A stretch of 64,000 nucleotides of DNA from an uncultured Thermotogae bacterium (GCA_964523545.1 CAZFZM010000004.1:395-64394); one strand, 5' to 3'. Shown: positions 46,128 to 55,487, numbered from the stretch's first letter. Program-made: numbers and translations. Notes: generated by a model not told the origin, from the letters alone.

Positions 46128-48806
46128 GTGGAATCACAGACTGTGTTGCAGCGATGGGCCTCGCGCGTGGCGCTTCGAGTAGCCGTTGTCGTAGTCGTGT
46201 GTCTGATTGTTGGCCTTGACATGGAACTCTCAGGCAATCTCCTCTGGCAGGAGGAGGCTCCTGAAAGATGCGCTCGACTGCAAGGCCTCGCCGAGGTGTG
46301 GGGGATGGTCTACTACTTTCATCCAGCGTTGCGGGATCCGCAGAAGCAAAAGGCTTGGGAGATGGAGCTTCTCTACGCGATCCCCGCCGTCGAGGCGGCG
46401 GGAACGGTCGAGGAGTACGCGTTGGCGCTTCAAGGGATGATCGCGAAGCTGGGCGACGGCGGTACCACTGTCTTGTTCCCAGGCGAAGTCGATGAGAGCG
46501 GCGAACTCGTTGCCACGGGACTGCCTATCCGGCTTAGTCGGATTGATGGACAAGTGGTAATCTCCGCCATTGACACCTCCGCGCCCAACACGGAGCTGCT
46601 TGCTGTCGGGATGGAGGTCCTTTCTGTCGATGGAGTACTCGTCGAGGACTATCTCTCGAAGTGGCTACCGGTTGCGTCAGGGCGAACGGAGGCGTTGAAG
46701 CGTTCATGGGTTTTCGAGCGGCTCCTTTCGGGGCGACAGGGCAGCGAAGCGACGGTCGTTTTGAGGACGGCTTCAGGCGACGAGTTCAGCGTCGGCCTTG
46801 CTCGGACGAGCCTCGATTGGACCATCCCAGTACCAACCCTAGATGCTGAGCGCGTTGCCGACGGGCGGTTCATACACATTGCGTTGCCGTCACTTCTCTA
46901 CCGAGTTGATACCCGTCTCGCGCTCAGCGAACTGTACGGATTGGCACAACGATTCTACGAATCGGCATCCGAATCGGATTGCGGAGTCATCCTCGACCTC
47001 CGCGCGGGCACCATGGAATTCGGCACGTCCTACTGCGCCGACGTACCTCTACCACTGATTGTTGCGGTATTCGCCGACGATTCACGAACAGTGTCAGCAG
47101 GGTACGGACACCGTACGCACGAAGGTCTGCGGAACCCGATGTATGAGTGGCTCTCCTATTCCTACGGAGAGGATTGGACGGTACGGCAGGGGGTACCACT
47201 CTGGTATGCTTCGCTTTCGGGAGATTCTTCTCCGTTGGTGGTCCTCATTGATGGTGGCAGCTACTCCTCGGTGGTCGAATACCTCGCGCCACTTCAGCGG
47301 GCCGGGCAGGCGGTGGTCGTCGGGGAGACAGGCATTGAGCCGATGCGACAGAGCTATACGGGCCCTCTTCCTGGCGGCCTGGGCTTTCGGTTGCGTCTGT
47401 CTGTTCCCTGGGACAGCGAAGGAGCGGTTCGACTTCCGGTGGTGGAGGTGTCACCGTCGGTCGAGGATCTGCGAAGCGGGCGGGACGTAGCGCTGGAGAC
47501 GGCCGTCGCGATCTTGGACGACTGGGAGAAGAGAGGCGTTCTTTCCCTAACGTCTGCACCACTGATCGGTGAGTCGCTGGTTGAACTCCCTTGGTCTCTG
47601 GGAACCACCTTGGACCATGAAGAACGGCTCCTCGGTCTGTTCAAGCTGTGGAGCGCGATCCGGTACTTCTATCCGTTTCCGGAGATGATCGACGGGAACT
47701 GGGACGATGCCCTCGGGAAATTCATTCCTCGTGTCAACGTTGCGGGCGATGATCGCGCGTACTACTACGAGCTGCAGCACATGCTGGCGCGAATCAACGA
47801 TGGCCATGCACTTCTTGACGCACAACTTCCGGTACAGTACCGGCCGCCGATCGAGATTCGGGAGATCGAGGGGCAGGCCGTGATTACGCGCATCGACCGA
47901 GGTCAGTCTCTCGGCAGCCCCGATCTCGCGAACCTTGAGGTAGGAATGATCATCGTCAGAGTCGACGGGCGTCCCGTCATGGAGCTCATCGCGGAGGGCC
48001 TCGTCCGGATACCTAGTGCAACGGATCAGCATCGACGATACCTTGCCTTCGCCAGACTGTTGACTGGCCAGAGATCGACCGACGTGCGTCTCGAAGTCGC
48101 GAGTTCACCGAATGAGGACAGTCGAACCGTGACCCTCTCTCGGACCCATTTGACTCTATCCAGTGATCCATCACCCGTATCCTGTCGGCTTGAGGGAGGT
48201 GTCGGATTCATCGATTTGGCACGAATCGATAAGGAAGGATTCGAGCAAGCAATCGGCGAATTCAGCTCCTGCGAAGGGCTGGTCCTGGATCTTCGCGGGT
48301 ATCCGTCGTCTGTCGGGATCGGGATGGTACTTGATTACCTCACGGACGATGAGACTTCGATATCCGGGTGGGCTCACGTCCCGGTGGTGTATTCGCCGGA
48401 TCCGCGGAAACGGGGCTGGAAGATGGAGGCCCAGCGACTAGAGCCCGGTTCCATTGACGCCTACGAGGGTGAGGTTGTCATCCTCACCAATGCCTCTGCG
48501 GGCAGCGCTGCGGAGTGGCTTCTGATCTGTCTGGAGAGCACGGCGTGCGTTACGATCGTCGGCGAACCCACGGCGGGCACGACGGGCGACATCACATTCG
48601 TAGAGATCCCTGGTCCAGCGTATGCTGGATTCACGGGAATGAAGGTTCTCCATGGCGACGGGAGTCCGATCCAAGGAATCGGGATCCTTCCGGACGTGGA
48701 GGTCCATCCGACGATCCAAGGGATCCGCGAAGGCCGCGACGAGATCCTCGAAAGGGGACTCGAAGTACTGCAAGAGCTGATCGCGCAGCGGAAGGGCAAC
48801 GACTAG
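46128..48806 (+). CDS. membrane-anchored protease with two tandem S41 (tail-specific/tricorn-core-like) modules
   Basis: N-terminal TM helix. Module 2 has LTNASAGSAAEWL...VGEPTAGTTG...GIGILPDVEV (S41 Ser region). Module 1 has LIDGGSYSSVVEYL...VVGETG. Each is preceded by an S41_N-like segment (WGMVYYFHPAL / WSAIRYFYPFPEM...INDGHA). Confidence 0.8.
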   Translation: MESQTVLQRWASRVALRVAVVVVVCLIVGLDMELSGNLLWQEEAPERCARLQGLAEVWGMVYYFHPALRDPQKQKAWEMELLYAIPAVEAAGTVEEYALALQGMIAKLGDGGTTVLFPGEVDESGELVATGLPIRLSRIDGQVVISAIDTSAPNTELLAVGMEVLSVDGVLVEDYLSKWLPVASGRTEALKRSWVFERLLSGRQGSEATVVLRTASGDEFSVGLARTSLDWTIPVPTLDAERVADGRFIHIALPSLLYRVDTRLALSELYGLAQRFYESASESDCGVILDLRAGTMEFGTSYCADVPLPLIVAVFADDSRTVSAGYGHRTHEGLRNPMYEWLSYSYGEDWTVRQGVPLWYASLSGDSSPLVVLIDGGSYSSVVEYLAPLQRAGQAVVVGETGIEPMRQSYTGPLPGGLGFRLRLSVPWDSEGAVRLPVVEVSPSVEDLRSGRDVALETAVAILDDWEKRGVLSLTSAPLIGESLVELPWSLGTTLDHEERLLGLFKLWSAIRYFYPFPEMIDGNWDDALGKFIPRVNVAGDDRAYYYELQHMLARINDGHALLDAQLPVQYRPPIEIREIEGQAVITRIDRGQSLGSPDLANLEVGMIIVRVDGRPVMELIAEGLVRIPSATDQHRRYLAFARLLTGQRSTDVRLEVASSPNEDSRTVTLSRTHLTLSSDPSPVSCRLEGGVGFIDLARIDKEGFEQAIGEFSSCEGLVLDLRGYPSSVGIGMVLDYLTDDETSISGWAHVPVVYSPDPRKRGWKMEAQRLEPGSIDAYEGEVVILTNASAGSAAEWLLICLESTACVTIVGEPTAGTTGDITFVEIPGPAYAGFTGMKVLHGDGSPIQGIGILPDVEVHPTIQGIREGRDEILERGLEVLQELIAQRKGND

Positions 48807-48946
48807 CCTCTAGTTCGTCTGTGAGCGTTGGTCCGAACGCCGAGATCTCCGACTGACTGTTCGCGTAGTCGGCGGCCACAGCTCGACGACGTTTCATCAT
48901 CGCGGCATACTGGTGCTCCAATCCCGCAACTGAGAAGGAGATCACC

Positions 48947-49321
48947 ATGCGTGACTACGAGATCGAGTTCGAGATCTTCGAAGGCAAGGGCGCGACGATC
49001 ACGGGGCCGCCGTACCCCGATCTGGCGAAGGAGGGCCTCTGTGCTTGGATGCTCGGTGACGAGGAGCGGCCGGCGAAGAAGGTCGGCGACACGTTCCGGT
49101 ATCCTGAGGACCTCGGGAAGATGTGCCCTTGGCTGGTGGACAGCCTGACGGGGTTCCTCCGTGCACTCGAACACGGTGCCACCCTCGGCTGGCGGTATCG
49201 AGGCACCCCGTACGAGAAGGAAGTTGATCCGGACGGCGTGACGACGGAGTTCGTCCGTTGCCCCGACCCAACGGCTTCCGGCATCGTGGTTAAAATCACG
49301 AGGACGGCTCTGCCGGAATGA
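48947..49321 (+). CDS. small Cys-containing protein (TIGR04076-like by recollection)
   Basis: AGAAGGAGA lies before the ATG. 124 aa: ...GLCAWML...VGDTFRYPEDLGKMCPWLVDSL...FVRCPDPTASGIVVKITR. The family name is tentative. Confidence 0.6.
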   Translation: MRDYEIEFEIFEGKGATITGPPYPDLAKEGLCAWMLGDEERPAKKVGDTFRYPEDLGKMCPWLVDSLTGFLRALEHGATLGWRYRGTPYEKEVDPDGVTTEFVRCPDPTASGIVVKITRTALPE

Positions 49322-49364
49322 GGTCACCCGTCCCGCGGCATGGCGGGGCGTGGAGGAGTTCACC

Positions 49365-49850
49365 ATGCCCACACGATACGCGCACACCAACCTGATCGCG
49401 AAGGATTGGCGGCGGCTCGCGGCGTTCTACCGGGACGTCTTCGGCTGCGCGCCGGTTCCGCCGGAGCGGGATCTGTCCGGCGCGTGGCTCGACCGGGCGA
49501 TCGGCCTCGAAGGAGCACGCATCACCGGAATCCATCTCCGACTTCCCGGCTGCGGGATCGACGGGCCGACGCTCGAGATCTTCCAGTACGACGCCACGCC
49601 GGAGCGGCCGCCCAGCGCTCCGAATCTCCCCGGCTTCGCGCACGTCGCCTTCGCGGTCGACGACGTCGAGGCCGTAGCACGAGCGGTCTTCGAGCACGGC
49701 GGCTCCGCGGTCGGTGAGCTGACGACGCGCAAGCTGCCCGGCGTCGGCGTGATCGCCTTCCGGTACGTCGCCGATCCGGAGGGGAACCTGATCGAGTTGC
49801 AGCACTGGGAGAGAGCCGAGGGATCGCGGCACGCAGAACGCACAGGATGA
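49365..49850 (+). CDS. VOC/glyoxalase-family protein
   Basis: GGAGGAG lies 6 nt before ATG 49365. HTNLIAKDWRRLAAFY...GFAHVAFAVDDVEA...ADPEGNLIELQ. Confidence 0.8.
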   Translation: MPTRYAHTNLIAKDWRRLAAFYRDVFGCAPVPPERDLSGAWLDRAIGLEGARITGIHLRLPGCGIDGPTLEIFQYDATPERPPSAPNLPGFAHVAFAVDDVEAVARAVFEHGGSAVGELTTRKLPGVGVIAFRYVADPEGNLIELQHWERAEGSRHAERTG

Positions 49851-50404
49851 GTGCATCGAGCGAGTACTTCCTGAGGTCGAAGCGGCTGGGGTTTCGATCC
49901 TGGACCGAGGACGATTTCGACCTGGCGCTCGGTCTCTGGGGCGACCCGGAAGTCACGCGCCTGATCGATCGCCGCGGTCCGCTCTCCGAGCAGCAAGTGC
50001 GAGAGCGTCTCCTCTGGGAGATCGCGATCGAGCGGGAGCACGGCGTCCAGTACTGGCCGGTCTTCCTGCTGGAGACCGGCGATCACGTCGGTTGCTGCGG
50101 ACTGCGCCCGTACGATGAAGAAGAGGGGACCCTGGAGATCGGCGTTCACGTCCGCTCGGATCGGTGGGGACACGGCTACGCCACGGAGGCGACGCGGGCG
50201 GTGATCGCGTACGCCTTCGACGTCCTCGAAGTGAGGGCGCTGTTCGCGGGGCACAACCCGAACAACACCGCGTCCCGTGCCCTGCTTGAGAAGCTCGGCT
50301 TCGCGTACACGCACGACGAGCTCTACGCACCGACCGGGCTGCACCATCCGTCGTATCGACTGACGGCCGAGGAGTACGAGTCGGGCAAGGGCGCTGCGGC
50401 TTGA
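49847..50404 (+). CDS. GNAT N-acetyltransferase (RimJ/RimL-like)
   Basis: LRSKRLGFRSWTEDD...WGHGYATEATRAVIAYAF...AGHNPNNTASRALLEKLGF. Confidence 0.85.
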   Translation: MSASSEYFLRSKRLGFRSWTEDDFDLALGLWGDPEVTRLIDRRGPLSEQQVRERLLWEIAIEREHGVQYWPVFLLETGDHVGCCGLRPYDEEEGTLEIGVHVRSDRWGHGYATEATRAVIAYAFDVLEVRALFAGHNPNNTASRALLEKLGFAYTHDELYAPTGLHHPSYRLTAEEYESGKGAAA

Positions 50405-50476
50405 CGCTGCCGCGCGAATGATCACACTGGGTGTGTACCGATGAGAGGCTGAAGACGTGTAGAAAGGAGGCCGTTC

Positions 50477-50779
50477 ATGCCGGAATTTGGATCCCCGTTC
50501 TCGGGATTGGCGAGCGATCGGAAGGTGACGCACGAGGAGCTCATCCGCGCGATCCGGTTCATGATCGCCGCGGAGTACGAAGCGATTCAACTGTACATGC
50601 AGCTGGCCGAATCGACGGACAACGAGCTCGCGATCGAAGTCCTCAAGGACATCGCCGACGAGGAGCGCGTGCACGCCGGCGAGTTCCTTCGGCTCCTCCG
50701 TGAGCTGGCTCCCGACGAGGAGACGTTCTACACCGAGGGAGCCGAGGAGGTCGAAGAGGAGATCTCGAAGCCAGGGTAG
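50477..50779 (+). CDS. small ferritin-like (EncFtn/rubrerythrin-related) protein
   Basis: AAAGGAGG before the ATG. AAEYEAIQLYMQLAE...VLKDIADEERVHAGEFLRLL carries the E..EA..Y and EE..H di-iron-type motifs. 100 aa. Confidence 0.7.
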   Translation: MPEFGSPFSGLASDRKVTHEELIRAIRFMIAAEYEAIQLYMQLAESTDNELAIEVLKDIADEERVHAGEFLRLLRELAPDEETFYTEGAEEVEEEISKPG

Positions 50780-50807
50780 AACGCGTGGTCCTCCGGCGCG
50801 GCAGAAC

Positions 50808-51314
50808 CTAGGCGTCTGAAGTCAGGCCCTCGCCCCCCAGCTTCTCGCGGAGGGCGGTCTCGACCGATGTGGGCACGAACGTCGACACGTCGCCGCCGTA
50901 TAGGCAGATCTCCTTGACGATCGACGACGACAGGAAGCTGTACCGTTTCGCGGTCATGAAGAAGACCGACTCGAACTCCGGCGCCATGTCGCGGTTCGTC
51001 AGCGCCATCTGGAACTCGTACTCGAAGTCGGAATTGGCGCGAAGGCCTCGGACGATCGCGTCGGCGCCCCGTTCGCGAGCGCAATCGACGAGCAGGCCGT
51101 CAAAGCTGATCACCTCGATTCCGTTGACACCTTCCTCTGCGAGGGCGGCCCGGGTGATCTCGACCCGCTCCTCGAGCGTGAAGTACGGTCGCTTGTGCGG
51201 GTTGGCGACGACGGCGACGTACAGGGTGTCGAACAGCTTCCGCGCACGGCGGACGATGTCGATGTGCCCGTGCGTGATCGGGTCGAAGCTTCCGGGATAG
51301 ACGGCGATGGCCAT
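50808..51314 (-). CDS. coaD: phosphopantetheine adenylyltransferase
   Basis: MAIAVYPGSFDPITHGHIDIVRRA... is the canonical N-terminus. 168 aa. Confidence 0.95.
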   Translation of the reverse strand: MAIAVYPGSFDPITHGHIDIVRRARKLFDTLYVAVVANPHKRPYFTLEERVEITRAALAEEGVNGIEVISFDGLLVDCARERGADAIVRGLRANSDFEYEFQMALTNRDMAPEFESVFFMTAKRYSFLSSSIVKEICLYGGDVSTFVPTSVETALREKLGGEGLTSDA

Positions 51315-51356
51315 GACGACCCTATGGTAGCGGCGGGTTCTCGAAACGACAACGCG

Positions 51357-52610
51357 TCAGGCGGCCGGCCCGACGGTCGTCAGATTCATCGCGTCCGGGC
51401 GGAGGTACCGCACGACGACCTGCTGAGCCTCCTCTTGGTCGACCCGATCGAGTCGAGCGAGTAGCTGGTCCGGTGAGAGGATCTCGCGGCGGTGCATCGC
51501 GGCGGTGGCCAGCCGGACGGCGCGGTTGCCGTTCGTCTCCAGGCCGAGGATCAAGTGACCGCGGAGCTTCGCCTTCGCCAGTTCGAGCTCGTCCTCGGGA
51601 ATCGGCGCGGTCCTCAGTCGCTCGAACTCGGCCGAGACGAGGTCGATGACCGGCGGGACCGCCTGCGGCGCGACGCCGGCGTACGTCAGCCAGAGACCAC
51701 AATCGGAATAGCAGGTGAGGTTGCTCGCCACGGCGTAGGCGAGGCCGCGGTCCTCGCGGACCGATCGGAAGAGCCGTGAGCTCGGCCCGTCCCCGAGGAC
51801 CGAGTTGACGACCTCGAGCGGGAACCGGTCGTCGTCGGAAGAATCCGGCCCCGCGAGGCCGAAGTAGACGTGCGTCTGTCCGGTCGGGCGTTCGTGATGG
51901 AACCGCTCCGGATGGAGGATTGGGGCGAACCGCGGCTCCGGGATCTCCGCGCCGTTCTCGGCGGCGCCGAACAGTTCGCTTGCCTGCTCCACGAGGGGGC
52001 TTGGCTGCACGGCGCCGCAGGCGACGAGGATCGCGTTCTCGGGGCGGTAGTAGCGCGCGTGGTGCGATGCGACCCGCGATCTCGTCGTAGCGGCGATTGC
52101 CTCCTGCGTACCGAGGACCGAGTGAGAAAGCGGGTGGCCGTCGTTCCACAGGCCGGCCGCGAACAGGTCGTACGCCGACTGCTCCGGGTCGTCCAAGTGG
52201 CCGCGGATCTCTTCGAGGACGACGTTCCGTTCGAGTTCGATCTGATCGGCCTCGAACCTCGGTGCGAACACGAGGTCGGCGAGGACATCGACGGCGGTCG
52301 GAAGTCCCTCGGCCGGCACGTCCGCGTAGTAGAACGTCGATTCCTTCCCGGTCGCGGCGTTCAGGTGCCCTCCGACGGCGTCGATCTCGCGGGAGATCCG
52401 GTCGGCGTCGCGCCGGGCCGTTCCTTTGAAGGCGAGATGTTCGATGAAGTGAGCGATTCCGGGAGCATCGGGTGGGTCGTCGCGACTCCCGGCCCGAACC
52501 CAGAGCCCGACGGAGACGGAACGAGACTGCGGAACCTCTTCGATGAGGATCCGCAGTCCGTTCCCCAACTTGGCTTCGTGGGCTCCCTCGTAGAGCTCGC
52601 GTGCTACCAA
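51357..52610 (-). CDS. M16-family zinc peptidase (pitrilysin-like)
   Basis: Inverted zinc motif HFIEHLAFKGT. 417 aa. The start overlaps the pnp stop. Confidence 0.9.
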   Translation of the reverse strand: MVARELYEGAHEAKLGNGLRILIEEVPQSRSVSVGLWVRAGSRDDPPDAPGIAHFIEHLAFKGTARRDADRISREIDAVGGHLNAATGKESTFYYADVPAEGLPTAVDVLADLVFAPRFEADQIELERNVVLEEIRGHLDDPEQSAYDLFAAGLWNDGHPLSHSVLGTQEAIAATTRSRVASHHARYYRPENAILVACGAVQPSPLVEQASELFGAAENGAEIPEPRFAPILHPERFHHERPTGQTHVYFGLAGPDSSDDDRFPLEVVNSVLGDGPSSRLFRSVREDRGLAYAVASNLTCYSDCGLWLTYAGVAPQAVPPVIDLVSAEFERLRTAPIPEDELELAKAKLRGHLILGLETNGNRAVRLATAAMHRREILSPDQLLARLDRVDQEEAQQVVVRYLRPDAMNLTTVGPAA

Positions 52611-55207
52611 CGATCCTCGAATTCCGGTGGAGCTTCCTCCTCGACCTCACGCTCCGGCTTCTCGGCTTGACCCTCTCGCTCGGTCTCGACTTCCGCCTCG
52701 GGCTCCGCTTCGGGCTCTTCCTCGACCTCGGGGGCCTCCGGAGTCTCCTCGGCTTCGCGGTGCTCCTCCCCGGGGACGATGCGGCGGAGCTTGTACCGCC
52801 CGCGGTCGTCGATGTTCATCACTTCGACCGTGACCCGGTCCCCGCTTTTGACGACGTCCGTGACGCGGCGGACGTACTCGTCGGACAGGGCCGAGATGTG
52901 GATCAGGCCGGTCACCTCGGGTGTCAGCTCGACGAACGCGCCGTAGTCGGTGGTGTTGGTGACGACACCTTCGATGATGTCGCCTTCGTGAACCGGCTTC
53001 GAGGGAGGCGTCGGCTCGGGTTGCGCCTCTCGCTCCGGCGCACCGCCTCGTCTGCCCCGGTCCCTGCGCGGTTTCCGGTCGCGGTCGCCACGGGGAGCGG
53101 CTTCGCCCTCGGGGGCGATCCGCTTCAGATCCGGTCGCCCCATCTTGTCGGTACCGATCACCTCGATCGTGACCTCGTCGCCTACTTTCACGTAGTCGGT
53201 GACGTTGTCGACGAAGCCGTCGGCGAGGTTCGAGACGTGGACGAGCCCCTCGCCCCCGCCTTTCAGCTCGACGAACGCGCCGAAGTCGGCGATCCGTGTC
53301 ACCTTGGTCGTGAAGACGTCGCCGACCTCCATCTCCTCGGTGAGGTCCTCGATCCACTTCTGCGCCGCGGCGACGGCAGCGGGGTCGACGGCGGCGATCT
53401 TGACGCTTCCGTCGTCTTCGATGTCGATCTCCGCCCCGGTTTCCTCGATGATCTGCCGGATCATCTTCCCGCCGGGCCCGATGACGAGGCCGATCTTGTC
53501 GGTCGGAATCGTGATCGTGACCAGCTTCGGCGCGAAGGGTGAGAGCTCCTCCCGCGGACGGGGGATCGCCCGCTCCATCTCGTCGAGAATCGCCAGCCTC
53601 GCGCGCCGCGCCTGTTCGAGCGCTTCGCGCATCGTGTTGCTGTCGATCCCGCCGACCTTGACGTCGAGCTGGAAGCCGGTGACGCCGTCCCGCGTTCCGA
53701 CGACCTTGAAGTCCATGTCGCCGTGGTGGTCCTCGGCGCCCTGGATGTCGGTCAGGATGACGCGGCGCTCGGCCTCGGCGTCCTCGATCATGCCCATCGC
53801 GATCCCCGCGGCCGGCTTCTTGAGCGGTACGCCGGCGTCCATCATCGCCAGCGACGCGCTGCAGACCGTCGCCATCGACGAGGATCCGTTCGACTCGAGG
53901 ATCTCGGAGACGACGCGGATGACGTATGGGAACTCTTCCTCGCTCGGAAGGACGCTCTTCAGCGAGTTCTCCGCCAGGTATCCGTGGCCGATCGAGCGAC
54001 GGCTCGGCGAGCCGATCCGCCGGACTTCGCCGACGGAGAACGGCGGGAAGTTGTAGTGGAGCATGAACCGCTTCCGCCCGTCGAACATCATCTGGTCGAT
54101 GATCTGCTCGTCACCGCGCGCGGCGCCGAGCGTGATGATCCCGAGGCTCTGGGTCTCTCCCCTGGTGAACAGAGAGGATCCGTGGGTTCGCGGAAGGACG
54201 CCGACGCGACAGTTGATCGGCCGGATCTCCTCCGGCCTTCGGCCGTCGAGCCGCACCCCGCGCTCGAGGATCTCCTGCCGCATGTACTCCTCGAGGATCT
54301 CCTCGACCGCGACGGCGATCTCCTCGGTCAACGCGGCGGCCTCCTCTTCCTCGAGAGCCGGACCGACGATCGCTTCGACGGCACGCTCCTGTAGGCTCTT
54401 GACGAAGTCGCCCCGCTCCTTCTTCGTCTTGGCCGAGTGGATCGCCGAGAATTCGGACCAGACGATCTGGCGAACCCGATCGACCAGGCCGGGCGTTCCC
54501 TTCGGCTCCTCGGCGACGAACTCCGGCTTGACCGGGCCGACCTGGGCGACGAATCGCTCCTGGAGGGCGATCAGCTCGCGGATCGCGTTGTGCGCGTAGT
54601 CGATCGCCTCGACGACCTCGGATTCCTTTAGCTCGTTCATCATCCCTTCGACCATCGTGACGGTCTCGCGGGTTCCGGCGACGGTGATCTCGACGCCGGT
54701 CTCCTCGATCGTCTCCGCGTTCGGGTCGAGGATGAACCGGCCGTCAACGCGGCCGACCTTGACCCCGGCGATCGGCCCCTGGAACGGGGCGTCGGAGATC
54801 GTCAGCGCCGCCGAGGCGCCGAGGATCGCCAGGACGCTCGGCGAGCAGTCCGGCTCGGCCGAGAGGATCGTGGCGATGATTTGGACCTCGTCCATGTACC
54901 CCTTCGGGAACAGGGGGCGGATCGGTCGATCGATCATTCGCCCGCTCAATACCGCGACGTCGCTCGGACGTCCCTCTCTCTTGAAGAACCCTCCGGGGAT
55001 CTTGCCGCTCGCGTAGAAACGCTCTTCGTAATCGACGCGCAGCGGGAAGTAGCCGATGTCCTCCCGCGGTTCCTCGGTGACGACCGTCACGAGGACGTGT
55101 GTGTCGCCGTGGGTCGCCAGAACGGCCCCACCGGCTTGCCGGGCGATCTGCCCGGTCTCCAACGCGAGTTCCTTTCCGTTGAACTGGATGCTTTCTCGAA
55201 TATACAT
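52604..55207 (-). CDS. pnp: polynucleotide phosphorylase with duplicated C-terminal S1 domain and acidic tail
   Basis: Two RNase PH domains, KH (GLVIGPGGKMIRQI), S1 no. 1 (VGDVFTTKVTRIADFGAFVEL), an Arg-rich linker, S1 no. 2 (EGDIIEGVVTNTTDYGAFVEL) and a Glu/Pro-rich tail. 867 aa. Confidence 0.96.
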   Translation of the reverse strand: MYIRESIQFNGKELALETGQIARQAGGAVLATHGDTHVLVTVVTEEPREDIGYFPLRVDYEERFYASGKIPGGFFKREGRPSDVAVLSGRMIDRPIRPLFPKGYMDEVQIIATILSAEPDCSPSVLAILGASAALTISDAPFQGPIAGVKVGRVDGRFILDPNAETIEETGVEITVAGTRETVTMVEGMMNELKESEVVEAIDYAHNAIRELIALQERFVAQVGPVKPEFVAEEPKGTPGLVDRVRQIVWSEFSAIHSAKTKKERGDFVKSLQERAVEAIVGPALEEEEAAALTEEIAVAVEEILEEYMRQEILERGVRLDGRRPEEIRPINCRVGVLPRTHGSSLFTRGETQSLGIITLGAARGDEQIIDQMMFDGRKRFMLHYNFPPFSVGEVRRIGSPSRRSIGHGYLAENSLKSVLPSEEEFPYVIRVVSEILESNGSSSMATVCSASLAMMDAGVPLKKPAAGIAMGMIEDAEAERRVILTDIQGAEDHHGDMDFKVVGTRDGVTGFQLDVKVGGIDSNTMREALEQARRARLAILDEMERAIPRPREELSPFAPKLVTITIPTDKIGLVIGPGGKMIRQIIEETGAEIDIEDDGSVKIAAVDPAAVAAAQKWIEDLTEEMEVGDVFTTKVTRIADFGAFVELKGGGEGLVHVSNLADGFVDNVTDYVKVGDEVTIEVIGTDKMGRPDLKRIAPEGEAAPRGDRDRKPRRDRGRRGGAPEREAQPEPTPPSKPVHEGDIIEGVVTNTTDYGAFVELTPEVTGLIHISALSDEYVRRVTDVVKSGDRVTVEVMNIDDRGRYKLRRIVPGEEHREAEETPEAPEVEEEPEAEPEAEVETEREGQAEKPEREVEEEAPPEFEDRW

Positions 55208-55214
55208 GGACTCT

Positions 55215-55487
55215 CTAGACTCCTCTGATCTGCAGTTTCTCGATCAACTCGCGGTACGTTGCCAAGTCGTGGCGTTTGACATACTTCAGCAATCGTCGGC
55301 GCTGGCCGACCATCTTCCTCAGCCCACGCTGGGAGCTGAAATCCTTCTTGTGCTCTCCCAGGTGCTCGGTCAGTTCCTGAATTCGTTCGCTCAACAGTGC
55401 GATCTGCACCGGGGCAGATCCCGTGTCGTCATTTCCCTTGCCGTACTCTCGGATGATCTCCGCTTTCCTCTCTGTCGTCAGTCCCAT
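55215..55487 (-). CDS. rpsO: 30S ribosomal protein S15
   Basis: [16 protein letters not shown]...[51 protein letters not shown] before ATG 55487. Confidence 0.95.
   Translation of the reverse strand: MGLTTERKAEIIREYGKGNDDTGSAPVQIALLSERIQELTEHLGEHKKDFSSQRGLRKMVGQRRRLLKYVKRHDLATYRELIEKLQIRGV

Noticed and set aside
39870-48900. Low-GC block as a defined mobile element (genomic island, transposon or prophage)
   Set aside because: No integrase, transposase, tRNA target or convincing direct or inverted terminal repeats were found. Only a 9-nt near-match occurs at the borders. It is reported as compositionally distinct, not as a mobile element.
50477-50779. Encapsulin nanocompartment locus
   Set aside because: No shell gene is adjacent (coaD follows on the opposite strand), and there is no C-terminal cargo-loading peptide.
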